DNA from: Acidobacteriota bacterium
GTDB taxonomy: Bacteria; Acidobacteriota; UBA6911; RPQK01; JAJDTT01
Length of the DNA stretch: 64,000 nt
NCBI GenBank assembly: GCA_965217775.1
Contig: CBDCJH010000002.1
Location: forward strand, 288,001 to 352,000
Reading direction: 5' to 3'
Shown piece after piece: positions 9,476-19,107 of the stretch (within the stretch, counting starts at the first letter, position 1; each line of letters begins with the position of its first letter). Under the pieces are notes generated by a model, which was given only the letters and a program-made list of their open reading frames with translations, had not been told where the DNA came from and searched no databases. The position numbers were made by a program, and so were the translations under genes.

Positions 9476-11081
9476 CCGTCTTGCTTGCGGTCCCCAAACC
9501 GAAATGCAGTCTCAGGTCGCTTTGTGAAGCGTAAGTCCCGCCACTGCGCACTTCCTTGATCAGTCGTCGGCCTCCGCCCGCGACCACTGAAATTCGCGTG
9601 CCGATCGCACTCCGGTTCGAGCGGTTGCCAATGGCCGACAATACGATCCAATTCCCATGTGGTCCGAAGTTCTTATAGAGGCTGGGCCTCCCGTTCTCGT
9701 TGTTCACCAGGATTTCGAGCGTCCCATCGTTGTCGAAGTCTCCGAGAGCAATGCCCCGGCTGGTCTGTGGCTGCAGTAAATCCGCTCCGGATGACGCGGT
9801 GACGTCTACAAAAGTGCTCCTGCCCGTGTTCCGGTAAAGGACTTTCCGCTGCCTGTACCGGGACCGAAATCCGTGGCCGTCGATTTCCGGGTAGACGTGA
9901 CCATTGGCGATGAAGATGTCGTCGAAACCATCCTGATCGTAATCAAGAAAGCCGACTCCCCAGCCCAGATATGCCAGATTCACTCCCAACCCGGCTTCAA
10001 ACGTAGCGTCACTGAAGGTGCCGTCGCCATGGTTCTTGTATAGACTCGATTTGTCGTCGGAAAAATTCGTCTTCACGATGTCCAGATCACCGTCGTTGTC
10101 GTAATCACCGGCATCGACGCCCATGCCGGCCTGCTCTTTTCCATCGCCGCTGTAGGCCACTCCTGCCAGCAGACCCATCTCGGAGAAGGTTCCGTCACGA
10201 TCGTTGCGAAACAGAAGATTGGGTGTCGAGTCGCAAGCGACGTAGACGTCGGGCCAGCCGTCGTTGTCATAATCCGCCACCAAAACCCCTAGTCCGTATC
10301 TTTCACCGGCGGCGGTGATCCCGGCCGGTTCGCTCACATCGGTAAATGTCCCATCGCCTTCGTTCCGATAGAGATTCGAGGGCAGGCCCTTCAGACCTCG
10401 AGGACCGCACATGACGGGAATCCCCTTCCACAGGCAGTTGGAATTCTCTCCGGGACGGGGAGCGGACTCCGGATCGAAATCGATGTAGTTGGTGACGAAA
10501 AGGTCGAGGTCCGAATCCCGGTCGTAGTCCAGGAACGAGCAACTCACGCCCCACAATCTGTGCTTTGTGTACAGCCCCGCCTTCCGCGTGACATCCAGAA
10601 AGGAGCCCTCTCCGGTGTTGCGGTAAAGCACATTATGTCCGTAGTAAGTCAGGTAGAGATCGATCCAGCCGTCATTGTCGTAGTCTCCGGCGCACACTCC
10701 CTGGCCCCAGCCTGATCGCACCAGTCCTGCCTGGCCGGTGACGTCGCTGAACCGGCCATTGCCGTCATTCCGATACAAGCGGTTGGAAGGCTCGGCGCTC
10801 CCCGCGAACCCCTCGCTGCGGCTGGCCGTCATCAGGAAAATGTCGAGGTCGCCGTCGTTGTCGTAATCCAGAAAGGCACAGCCCGCTCCGGTCGTTTCCA
10901 GAATGGTTTCTTTCCGCTCTATTCCTCCCGAATAACAGACGAAATCACCCAGTCCGGCCTCGGCTGCAATATCCACAAAACGGGCCCCGGGAGGGCTTGA
11001 ACCGGACTCTTTTTGCCCCCAGGCGGAGACCCATAGGAAGCAAAGAACCATCGGGATATGGATCGTCTTTTCAAAGCTCAT
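9366..11081 (-). CDS. CRTAC1 family protein (FG-GAP/VCBS repeats + ASPIC/UnbV domain)
   Basis: Repeated DYDNDGxxD motifs, GMGVDAGDYDNDG, SRGIALGDFDNDG, NRSAIG, SQSDLRLHFGLG, VEVRWPDG. Confidence 0.9.
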   Translation of the reverse strand: MSFEKTIHIPMVLCFLWVSAWGQKESGSSPPGARFVDIAAEAGLGDFVCYSGGIERKETILETTGAGCAFLDYDNDGDLDIFLMTASRSEGFAGSAEPSNRLYRNDGNGRFSDVTGQAGLVRSGWGQGVCAGDYDNDGWIDLYLTYYGHNVLYRNTGEGSFLDVTRKAGLYTKHRLWGVSCSFLDYDRDSDLDLFVTNYIDFDPESAPRPGENSNCLWKGIPVMCGPRGLKGLPSNLYRNEGDGTFTDVSEPAGITAAGERYGLGVLVADYDNDGWPDVYVACDSTPNLLFRNDRDGTFSEMGLLAGVAYSGDGKEQAGMGVDAGDYDNDGDLDIVKTNFSDDKSSLYKNHGDGTFSDATFEAGLGVNLAYLGWGVGFLDYDQDGFDDIFIANGHVYPEIDGHGFRSRYRQRKVLYRNTGRSTFVDVTASSGADLLQPQTSRGIALGDFDNDGTLEILVNNENGRPSLYKNFGPHGNWIVLSAIGNRSNRSAIGTRISVVAGGGRRLIKEVRSGGTYASQSDLRLHFGLGTASKTDVEVRWPDGSVEKFAGVAANQFLTIREGIGIEAEKN

Positions 11082-11257
11082 GCGGGGCGAGCCGATCCAA
11101 TGGCTTGAAAATCCAAGGTACATGCAAGCGTAGCACAGCACCCGAGGTGGTCCTCGGCATTTTTCTTGACCCTTGCCGACGGATTCGTGTACGTTTGTCT
11201 ACGACTGTTGGAATTTTAATTCCACGCCCCCCCGACCCGCCTGTCAAGGAGGACGCG

Positions 11258-14200
11258 ATGATGCAGACTTCTCTCTTTTCTGCCAAGAAAACCCTTCTGC
11301 TTTTTGTTCTGCTGGTGTTTGCCACCGCCGGTGCCCAAGGCCAGGTCAAGAGCACCATCTCGGGGACGATCAAGGATGACACCGGCGGGGTGGTGCCCGG
11401 CGTCGACGTAACAGCCACCCATCTGGGGACCAATATCACCCGTTCGGTGGTTACGGGCGATACGGGTGGTTACGAAATTCCTTTTTTGGATCCTGGAATC
11501 TATCGAGTTTCGGCTGAGATGGCCGGATTCAAGACGGCTGTCGAACCGGGTGCCGAACTGGACCTTGCCACCAAGCTTCGCGTCGATTTGACGCTGCAGG
11601 TGGGTGAGATCGGGGAGGAGGTGGAAGTCCGGGCCGCGGTGCCGCTGGTCGAGACCGAGCACTCGGAAGTTGGGGGGACGATCAAAGAAGAGCAGATGCG
11701 CCAGTTGCCGCTGTTGACCCGCAACTACCAGGCATTGGCGACCTTGTTGCCCACCGCTGTCACTCCCGTTCCCAGTGCCACCGGTTACATACCCAACCAG
11801 AACCGCGGTAATTATTATCAGCTTGCCGGTCAGCGGGGAGCTTATACCTCCTACACCATCGACGGAATCGACTCGAATACGGTTTGGATTCAAACCCAGT
11901 CGGCCACTCCGTCCTTGGATTCGCTGCAGGAATTCAAAGTCAAGAGCCATAATTTTTCGGCTGAACAGGGTCGGGGATCGGTCCAGTTCATAACCACGAC
12001 AAAAAGCGGCACCAACGAATTGCGTGGCGCGATCTACAACTACAATCGAAACGACGTCTTCAACGCCAACAGCTTTTTCAGCAATCGCGCCGGGGCGGAT
12101 AAAAACGCATTCAACTACAACCAGTTCGGCGCCAACGTCGGGGGACCCATTCGGGTGCCGGGCTATGATGGCCGAGACCAGACCTTCTTCTTTTTCGCCT
12201 ACGAAGGAACCCGTTTTCGCCAGAGTGCAACCAGCTTCGGGAGATTTCCCGACCCCAGGTGGCTCCAAGGGGATTTCTCCACTCTGGGGAAGACCATTTA
12301 CGATCCCTGGACGACTGTCGAGGATGCAAGTGCGCCGGCGGGATACACCCGGCAGCCCTTCCCGGGAAACCAGATTCCCAGCAACCGTATCAATCCTCAG
12401 GCCAAGACCCTGATCGGTCTAGATCTGATTCCGAGCCCCAACCACGAGGAAGGGACGACGCTGCCTGGAAACAGCAATTTCCTCGGAGCCACGTCGAGCC
12501 CGGAGGATATCAACTTCTGGACCGTGCGCATCGATCACGTCATCTCCGACAGCGATCAGATCTACGGGCGCTACATGGAGTCGATCGACCGCAAGCGAAG
12601 AGGCAACCTGGTGCCTCTCTCCGGCACCAATAACGACAACAACATGCACAATGCGATGATGTCGGAGATCCATACGTTTTCGCCCACCACCGTCAATGAG
12701 CTGCGCGTCGGCTACAACCGGGGAAACTGGTTCGGAGGACAGGACGGATCGGGGGATGTGGACTATTCGTCAGAAGTTTTTGGATTCAAGAACATCGGCG
12801 GCTCTCCGCTCGGTTTTGGACTGCCCAGCTTCGGCTGGAGCAACTACACCCGCGTCGGGCCAACCCCGGACGCACCTTTCGGTGCTCTGAACAACACCTA
12901 CCAGATCTCCGACAACCTGATGACAAGGTATGGGAATCACTCGATCAAACTCGGCTTCGATATCCGGGAGATTCGCATGCGCTGGCTGGCTCAGGCCGGC
13001 ATCCGGGGGAACTTCACCTTCAACGGGATTTTCTCGCAATTCCCGGGAGACACTGCGACGGGAAGTCCGTTCGCGGATTTCATGATGGGACAGGCACAAG
13101 AAACCTGGGGATTAGCCGGCAACGGCACCGGTTACTTCAATCAGAAGCTGTGGGGGTTCTACCTGCAGGATGACTGGAGAGTCTCTTCTGAGCTAACCGT
13201 GAACCTGGGTCTGCGCTACGAGTACTATGAGCCTTGGAATGCGATACGGGGAGATTACTCGGTATTCGATTTTGTGGCTCCTCCGGGAAGCTGTTTTCGG
13301 GATACGACTCCCTGCCCACCCACTCCCCTGGACGCTGCCGAGCCGGGCGAGAGTTACTACAATGCCGACAGAAACAACTGGGGTCCAAGAGTCGGTCTTG
13401 CGTACTCCCCCTTCGGAGACAACAGGACGGTCATTCGCGCCTCGTATGGCATCTTCTACTCTCCTCCCGATGCCACCGACCAGGTCAATGGGGCCCTGAA
13501 TCCGCCTTCCAACGTCCTGCGGTTCATCAACCCCGCGACCTTGTATACCGATCTGGACACCAATGACTTGTCCAAATTGTTCCCGGTTGCCGATATCACT
13601 CGTGCAGATTTTCCCCAGATCACCGGACCCACCTGGCATCCCTCCCTGGCCGGCGCCACCCTGCATTCGGTAACCCGGAAGTTCGACGATGCCATCATCC
13701 AACACTGGCAGTTGACGGTGCAGCGGGAAGTCGTCAGAAACCTGCTGGTTGAAGTGGGTTACGTGGGTTCACACGGATACCATGGCCAGCGCCGCATCAA
13801 TTACAATCAGGCGCACCTGGATCCCCCGGGAGTCACGACATCCTTTCGATCTCGGCTGCCTTATCCGGACCTGTCGAATTTCACCTTCATCATGGAGCAC
13901 AGTGCTCAGAACAATTACAACGCGGGTCTGATGCGCGTGGAACGGAGGTTCGACCGGGGCCTCTCGTTCATCTCCTCTTACACCTTTGCCAGAACGCTTG
14001 ATGATTACGGCAACCTCAACGATGCCACCGGATTCTGGGCCCAAAATTCGTATGACAAGAAGGCCGAGAAGGGCTTATCCCAGTTCCACGCCAAACACCG
14101 GCTGAGCGTCGGGTACATCTGGGAACTTCCGGTGGGTCGCGGCAAACGCTTCGGATCCGGTATGCACCCGGTGATCAATGGAATCTTCGGCGGCTGGCAG

Positions 14201-14644
14201 CTCAGCGGAATCACCACATTCCAGTCCGGGAGCCCCAGGATCATTCGACCGTACCCTCGCGATTTCAGTAACACGGGTCAGTTCTGGTGGGCAACCAGGC
14301 CGAACAAGGTCCGGACGGGCAAGGTGAAAACCTTGAATCCTCGTGCCAACAACTTGCGCTGGTTCGACACAAACTACTTTGCGAATCCGGAGGTGGGAAC
14401 GTTCGGAAATACGGGCCGCGGTGAGGTCTTGGAGCCGGGAATCCGCAACTGGGATCTCAACGTGTCCAAGAGTTTCTACATCGGAGAAACGGCCAGGATA
14501 CAATTCCGTGCCGAATTCTATAACGCCTTCAACCGCGCCCAGTTCTTCGGTTTCGGCAACTCTGTGGGATCGAGCAATTTCGGAATCATCTCCGCAACGC
14601 GTCCGCCGAGGAACATCCAGTTGGGACTTCGCCTGGAATTCTAA
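11258..14644 (+). CDS. TonB-dependent receptor with N-terminal carboxypeptidase regulatory-like domain (Oar-like)
   Basis: AAGGAGG RBS, signal peptide, ISGTIKDDTGGVVPGV, LPLLTRNY, TKSGTNELRG, QDDWRV...LTVNLGLRYE, NNWGPRVGLAY, QFRAEFYNAFN, C-terminal RNIQLGLRLEF. Confidence 0.92.
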   Translation: MMQTSLFSAKKTLLLFVLLVFATAGAQGQVKSTISGTIKDDTGGVVPGVDVTATHLGTNITRSVVTGDTGGYEIPFLDPGIYRVSAEMAGFKTAVEPGAELDLATKLRVDLTLQVGEIGEEVEVRAAVPLVETEHSEVGGTIKEEQMRQLPLLTRNYQALATLLPTAVTPVPSATGYIPNQNRGNYYQLAGQRGAYTSYTIDGIDSNTVWIQTQSATPSLDSLQEFKVKSHNFSAEQGRGSVQFITTTKSGTNELRGAIYNYNRNDVFNANSFFSNRAGADKNAFNYNQFGANVGGPIRVPGYDGRDQTFFFFAYEGTRFRQSATSFGRFPDPRWLQGDFSTLGKTIYDPWTTVEDASAPAGYTRQPFPGNQIPSNRINPQAKTLIGLDLIPSPNHEEGTTLPGNSNFLGATSSPEDINFWTVRIDHVISDSDQIYGRYMESIDRKRRGNLVPLSGTNNDNNMHNAMMSEIHTFSPTTVNELRVGYNRGNWFGGQDGSGDVDYSSEVFGFKNIGGSPLGFGLPSFGWSNYTRVGPTPDAPFGALNNTYQISDNLMTRYGNHSIKLGFDIREIRMRWLAQAGIRGNFTFNGIFSQFPGDTATGSPFADFMMGQAQETWGLAGNGTGYFNQKLWGFYLQDDWRVSSELTVNLGLRYEYYEPWNAIRGDYSVFDFVAPPGSCFRDTTPCPPTPLDAAEPGESYYNADRNNWGPRVGLAYSPFGDNRTVIRASYGIFYSPPDATDQVNGALNPPSNVLRFINPATLYTDLDTNDLSKLFPVADITRADFPQITGPTWHPSLAGATLHSVTRKFDDAIIQHWQLTVQREVVRNLLVEVGYVGSHGYHGQRRINYNQAHLDPPGVTTSFRSRLPYPDLSNFTFIMEHSAQNNYNAGLMRVERRFDRGLSFISSYTFARTLDDYGNLNDATGFWAQNSYDKKAEKGLSQFHAKHRLSVGYIWELPVGRGKRFGSGMHPVINGIFGGWQLSGITTFQSGSPRIIRPYPRDFSNTGQFWWATRPNKVRTGKVKTLNPRANNLRWFDTNYFANPEVGTFGNTGRGEVLEPGIRNWDLNVSKSFYIGETARIQFRAEFYNAFNRAQFFGFGNSVGSSNFGIISATRPPRNIQLGLRLEF

Positions 14645-14666
14645 CCCCACGGAGAGCACTGGGAAT

Positions 14667-14698
14667 GAAAAAAGGGGCGGTCTTCCGCCCCTTTTTTC
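14667..14698. terminator. Bidirectional rho-independent terminator
   Basis: GAAAAAAGGGGCGG-TCTT-CCGCCCCTTTTTTC hairpin with A and T tracts between convergent genes. Confidence 0.88.
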
Positions 14699-14713
14699 GT
14701 GGTCCGCCGGACA

Positions 14714-16351
14714 CTACCAGAGGACCACAAATACAATGTAGCCCGAAGTGCCCAGTACCGCGGCGGCCCAGAGGGCGGGGGATGCCCACCAGGGAACGCC
14801 GCCCTGAAACGGTGACAGGGCAATCTCCCTGACCGTTCCTTGGGAGCGCGCCAGCCAACCGGAGGGCCGAGTTGTCATTGGGGCCGTGCGCTGACCAGGC
14901 GACGGAGACACGACGCCCAGGATCATCGACGCGCACAACATCGCGGCGGCAGTCACGCCGGTCGTCCAAAGGTAAGCCACGAATTTGTCCGTCAACCACA
15001 GCGGAAGGTGCGCTTCGAGCGCGACTACCGACAGTCGGAAGGCGGGTCCGGCGATCAGGCCGACAAGGCCGGCGCGCCTGTCCACTCTTGTCGTTGAGCC
15101 CACCAGGTACACGGTCATCAGAGGGGTCACGAAGACACTGGTGATGCCGACGAAGAACTCCACGATGTTCTGAGCGCGAAGGATAAAGGGTACGTAGAGA
15201 AACGTAATAGCCACGATGAACACGGTGGCCATCCGGCTGACAATCACGTAGTGACGATCGTCCCTGTCGGGTACGAGCAGACGAGCGTAGATGTCACGGG
15301 TGAAGAGCGCAGACAGGGCGACTCCAATTCCTTCGAAGGTACTGACGGCGGACGCGATCATTCCGGCGACGACGATGCCCTTCAGTCCGGAGACGAGGTA
15401 TTGATCGACCAGCCGTGGATAGATCAGGTCCGGGTTGGACAGGCCGGGAACCAGTGCCCGCCCAAGCAGTCCCAGCGAGCTGCTGAAGTAACCCGAGAGA
15501 ATGATCAGCGCGGTGCCCGCGACGACGGACATCTTCAGATCCCACAGGGACCGGGCGCCGAACATCTTCATTGTCTGAGTGTGGTTCACCACAAAATAGC
15601 CGGTGGCAATCAGGCACCATCCGATCACCACCACAACCGGATGACTGCTCGCATCACCCCCGCTTCCAATATGCAGCAACGTCTGTGCTTCTCGCTCACC
15701 GAGCTGCCCGATCAGCGCGGCCTGGGTGCCGGCCCAACCCCCGGCTTCCTGCCAAATGACGGACCAGAGCACCAGAGTCGAGAAAAGCATGAGGGCGCCG
15801 AGCAGAACGTCTGCGGCGGCAACCGTTTTCAATCCGCCCCAGGCGGCGTAAAGAGTCGTTGCCGCGGTCAGCCCGACAATCAGAATCCAAGCGCTGTGGG
15901 AAGGGAGGGCGACCACTTCGGTCAGCATGAGATGCAAGGCCACGGCTATGGTTGCCAGGGTGGCCGTCCGGTACTGGATCTGAACCAGAACGCTGATGAT
16001 CCTCGCCGAGATGCCGAACCGGTGCTCGAGGTATTCCGCGTTGGTGAACAGCCCCGCCCGGTACATGCCCGGCATAACGACGAAGGCAGCAATCATGCCC
16101 CCGACACCGACTCCGAACACAACCCCCGTGAACATCACCAGACCATCCTGGTAGGTCGCGCCGTTGACGGCGACGTATTCGCCGCCGTCAACCGAGGTAG
16201 CGAACATCGAGAGGCCGATCAGCCAGAAGGGCAGGCTGCGTCCGCCCAGAAACCAGTCCACATCTGATCGTGTCTTGAGCGACCGGATGGAGGCGTACCC
16301 GAAGATCAGGAGATTGAGCGCGATCACTATGAACCAGTCGATTCCTGCCAT
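14714..16351 (-). CDS. Sodium:solute symporter family transporter
   Basis: FLGGRSLPFWLIGLSMFATS, EYLEHRFG, YAAWGGLKTV, GLKGIVVAGMIAS, LFTRDIY; about 13 TM segments. Confidence 0.9.
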   Translation of the reverse strand: MAGIDWFIVIALNLLIFGYASIRSLKTRSDVDWFLGGRSLPFWLIGLSMFATSVDGGEYVAVNGATYQDGLVMFTGVVFGVGVGGMIAAFVVMPGMYRAGLFTNAEYLEHRFGISARIISVLVQIQYRTATLATIAVALHLMLTEVVALPSHSAWILIVGLTAATTLYAAWGGLKTVAAADVLLGALMLFSTLVLWSVIWQEAGGWAGTQAALIGQLGEREAQTLLHIGSGGDASSHPVVVVIGWCLIATGYFVVNHTQTMKMFGARSLWDLKMSVVAGTALIILSGYFSSSLGLLGRALVPGLSNPDLIYPRLVDQYLVSGLKGIVVAGMIASAVSTFEGIGVALSALFTRDIYARLLVPDRDDRHYVIVSRMATVFIVAITFLYVPFILRAQNIVEFFVGITSVFVTPLMTVYLVGSTTRVDRRAGLVGLIAGPAFRLSVVALEAHLPLWLTDKFVAYLWTTGVTAAAMLCASMILGVVSPSPGQRTAPMTTRPSGWLARSQGTVREIALSPFQGGVPWWASPALWAAAVLGTSGYIVFVVLW

Positions 16352-16480
16352 GTCCCGTCCGTCTCGAACTCGCCGGCCGCGGCGAGGAGATCACGAATTC
16401 GAAGTCAGTATGGGTGTGGTATAAATCTATTTCAAAGCCTTCCAACCTCTGACTGTGACACGGCGAGACATTTTCCAACC

Positions 16481-17791
16481 ATGAAATCTTTTCGTTGTTT
16501 CAAATTCTTCGTACTTATCCTGATCATGGCCGTTTCGGGAACTCTTCCCGGAGGAGCCGCCGGAGACTTTCGGGCCTCCTCCGTGAAGGTGGATATCACC
16601 CCGGAAGAATCTCTCTGGCTATTGGGCTATGGCCCGAGGAAATCCGAGGGTGTGCACGACCGCATCTACCATCGAATCGCTGCCATGGATGACGGGGAGA
16701 TGCAGTTTTTTCTCGTCTCCTCGGATCTGGCCGCCATTTCGCCCGCCTTCTACGAGCAGTTTTGCAGAGAATTGGAGCAGGAGACGGGTATCCGGTCCGA
16801 GCAGGTGTGGTGGACTCTGACTCACACCCACTCGGCTCCCGAGGTGGGCTCGCCGGGCCTCATCATGAGCATGCAGCCTGAGAGGTTCTCGCACGAGCCC
16901 AATCCTGAGTATTCCGAGTCGGTTAAAGCCAGATTGATCGAGGGCATTCGGGAGGCCCGGTCAAGGCTGGAACCGGCGCGGCTGGGAGTGACGACCGGTC
17001 ACTCGATGGCGAACATCAACCGGCGCGCCATCGATGTTGACGGGCGTGCCTCCTATGGGATGAACCCGGAGGGAGCGGTGGACCGCCAGATCGGTCTGAT
17101 TCGGCTGGACCGGTTGGACGGGTCGCCGCTGGGCCTGATTGCCGTTTATGCCATGCACGGGACCGTTCTCGGGGCCGAAAACCTCCTGATCAGCGGAGAT
17201 GCTCAAGGGATTGTGGCCGAGTACGTCGAGGAGAAGGTGGGTGCGCCGATGCTGCACATCAACGGTGCAGCCGGGAACATATCCCCTCTCTACAGTACCT
17301 ATCCGGATTTCAAGAAAGGTCACATTACCCAGTTCAACGTCTTGTTGGGGGATCGAATCCTGCAGGCGAACCGTTCCCTGAAGACCGGCACTTCAAAGGT
17401 CGTCTTGTGGACTGGAGAAAAGGTCATCGAGACTCCCCGCAAGGCCGGCTTCGGCTGGGTCGAGGAACTGGCACACTACCTTCGAGAGACGGAAACCGGA
17501 GTGAGCCTGATTCGCGTACCGGTCCGCTTCCTGAAGATCAACGATGATCTCGTCCTGTGGACGGCGCCGGTCGAGCTGTTCTGCGAGATCGCCATCAACG
17601 TACGCAACCATTCTCCCTTTCCCTACACGTTCTTTGCCGGCTACACGAATGGTTTTCTGGGGTATTTGCCCACCCGGCAGGCGTTCGCCGAAGGCGGTTA
17701 CGAACCCGGCCGCGTCTCACCCTTCACCGAGCAGGTCGAAGACGATTTCACCCAGGGGGTGAGCACCTATCTGCAGGGGATGCCTCGGTAG
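16481..17791 (+). CDS. Neutral/alkaline ceramidase N-terminal domain family protein, secreted
   Basis: Signal peptide, KVDITP, GVHDRIY, THTHSAP, NINRR, YAMHGT, GYTNG..GYLPT...F.EGGYE. Confidence 0.8.
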   Translation: MKSFRCFKFFVLILIMAVSGTLPGGAAGDFRASSVKVDITPEESLWLLGYGPRKSEGVHDRIYHRIAAMDDGEMQFFLVSSDLAAISPAFYEQFCRELEQETGIRSEQVWWTLTHTHSAPEVGSPGLIMSMQPERFSHEPNPEYSESVKARLIEGIREARSRLEPARLGVTTGHSMANINRRAIDVDGRASYGMNPEGAVDRQIGLIRLDRLDGSPLGLIAVYAMHGTVLGAENLLISGDAQGIVAEYVEEKVGAPMLHINGAAGNISPLYSTYPDFKKGHITQFNVLLGDRILQANRSLKTGTSKVVLWTGEKVIETPRKAGFGWVEELAHYLRETETGVSLIRVPVRFLKINDDLVLWTAPVELFCEIAINVRNHSPFPYTFFAGYTNGFLGYLPTRQAFAEGGYEPGRVSPFTEQVEDDFTQGVSTYLQGMPR

Positions 17792-17808
17792 CGACTCTTT
17801 CGGTCAAC

Positions 17809-18900
17809 ATGATGATTGTCGACACTCACGCTCATGTCTGGCCGCATCCTGGCCGTGATGAACATGGAACGGTCGAGGAGCGGATGCGATTTCAACAGCG
17901 GCATATGCTCTGGCACATGCAGGGGATTCGCCGTCTTTCCGACCAACATCCGGTGAACAGGCGAACACTGGATGACGGCCGGGGCACCGGCCTGAGCAAC
18001 ATGTTCGATGTGAACTTCCGCCCGGGAGAGCATGGCCGTCTGGTCTGGACCCATGAGGGCGAGGACTACTTCGTTCAATGGATGCCCGCCGCATTACAGG
18101 CATTCGAGGCGCCGGCCGAATTGATGATCGCTCAGATGGACGGGCTCGGTGTCGACGTCGGCGTCATTTCGCGGGCCCACATCTACGGCCGCCTCAATGA
18201 CCTGGTGGCGGACGCGATGAAACGGTTTCCCGGCCGCTTCGTGGGCGCAGCCGAAATCGACGAATGGCGGGCCTATGAAGACAGCCAGATCGCGGAATTG
18301 ACCCGATGCGTGGAAAGCCTCGGGATGCGGGCGCTGTATTTCGACGGCACCGAGTCATTCTTCATGGTCGATTACAAGACGTTCTATGACCAACCCGAAT
18401 TCAGGACGTTTTGGCAACAAGTCGCCAGGCTGCAGATTCCGATCCTATGGCACCTGCGGTGCCGCAACGAACTCAGTCCGGCTGATTTTGCCAATGAGTT
18501 GCAGGTTTTCAGGGCATTTGTCGAAAAATGGCCGAACATCAACTTCGTCATCACGCACTGTTTCGAGATGAACCACTTCGAGAACGACAGGCTCAGCAGC
18601 CTCGTACTGGAGATCTGCCGCCTTCCCAATATCCATCTGGAACTGCTGTTCCCGATCATGAACGGTGCACGTTGGGAGTATCCGTATCCCCAGGCGCAGG
18701 AAATCATCAAGCAACTCTATGCTGAAATCGGCGCCGGTAAGATCATGTGGGGATCGGATATGCCGGCAGTCGAGCGCGTTTGCACCTACCGCCAGTCGTT
18801 GGACTATCTACGCTGCCACTGCGGCTTCATCGCCCCGGACGACATGGAAAAGATCCTGGGCGGCAACGCGGTGAAGCTGTTCGGTATCGACGGACCGTAA
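17809..18900 (+). CDS. Amidohydrolase_2 family protein
   Basis: IVDTHAHVW metal motif, FPGRFVG, KIMWGSDMP, ILGGNAVKLF. Confidence 0.85.
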   Translation: MMIVDTHAHVWPHPGRDEHGTVEERMRFQQRHMLWHMQGIRRLSDQHPVNRRTLDDGRGTGLSNMFDVNFRPGEHGRLVWTHEGEDYFVQWMPAALQAFEAPAELMIAQMDGLGVDVGVISRAHIYGRLNDLVADAMKRFPGRFVGAAEIDEWRAYEDSQIAELTRCVESLGMRALYFDGTESFFMVDYKTFYDQPEFRTFWQQVARLQIPILWHLRCRNELSPADFANELQVFRAFVEKWPNINFVITHCFEMNHFENDRLSSLVLEICRLPNIHLELLFPIMNGARWEYPYPQAQEIIKQLYAEIGAGKIMWGSDMPAVERVCTYRQSLDYLRCHCGFIAPDDMEKILGGNAVKLFGIDGP

Positions 18901-18939
18901 ATCGACGCCGTATCCAGGCCGCTGCAGAGCCCCGCTCTA

Positions 18940-19100
18940 GGAGCCTGCGCCGCAGAAATTGATCTACTGCGAAAGCGGTAGAATCGGTCCAGATTTCCCC
19001 GATTTCTCGGCGAATAGAACAACTATGCACCTCCAAATCGAGAAAATCTGGCCTCGATTCCCCACTTTCTCGCTACGATCATTTCTACGGCGCAGACTCC
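18940..19100. mobile_element. 161-bp palindromic MITE-like element
   Basis: Terminal inverted repeats GGAGCCTGCGCCGCAGAAATTGATC / GATCATTTCTACGGCGCAGACTCC plus nested inner stems (GAATCG..CCAGATTT / AAATCTGG..CGATTC); lies between convergent genes. Confidence 0.7.
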
Positions 19101-19107
19101 AACAGAC

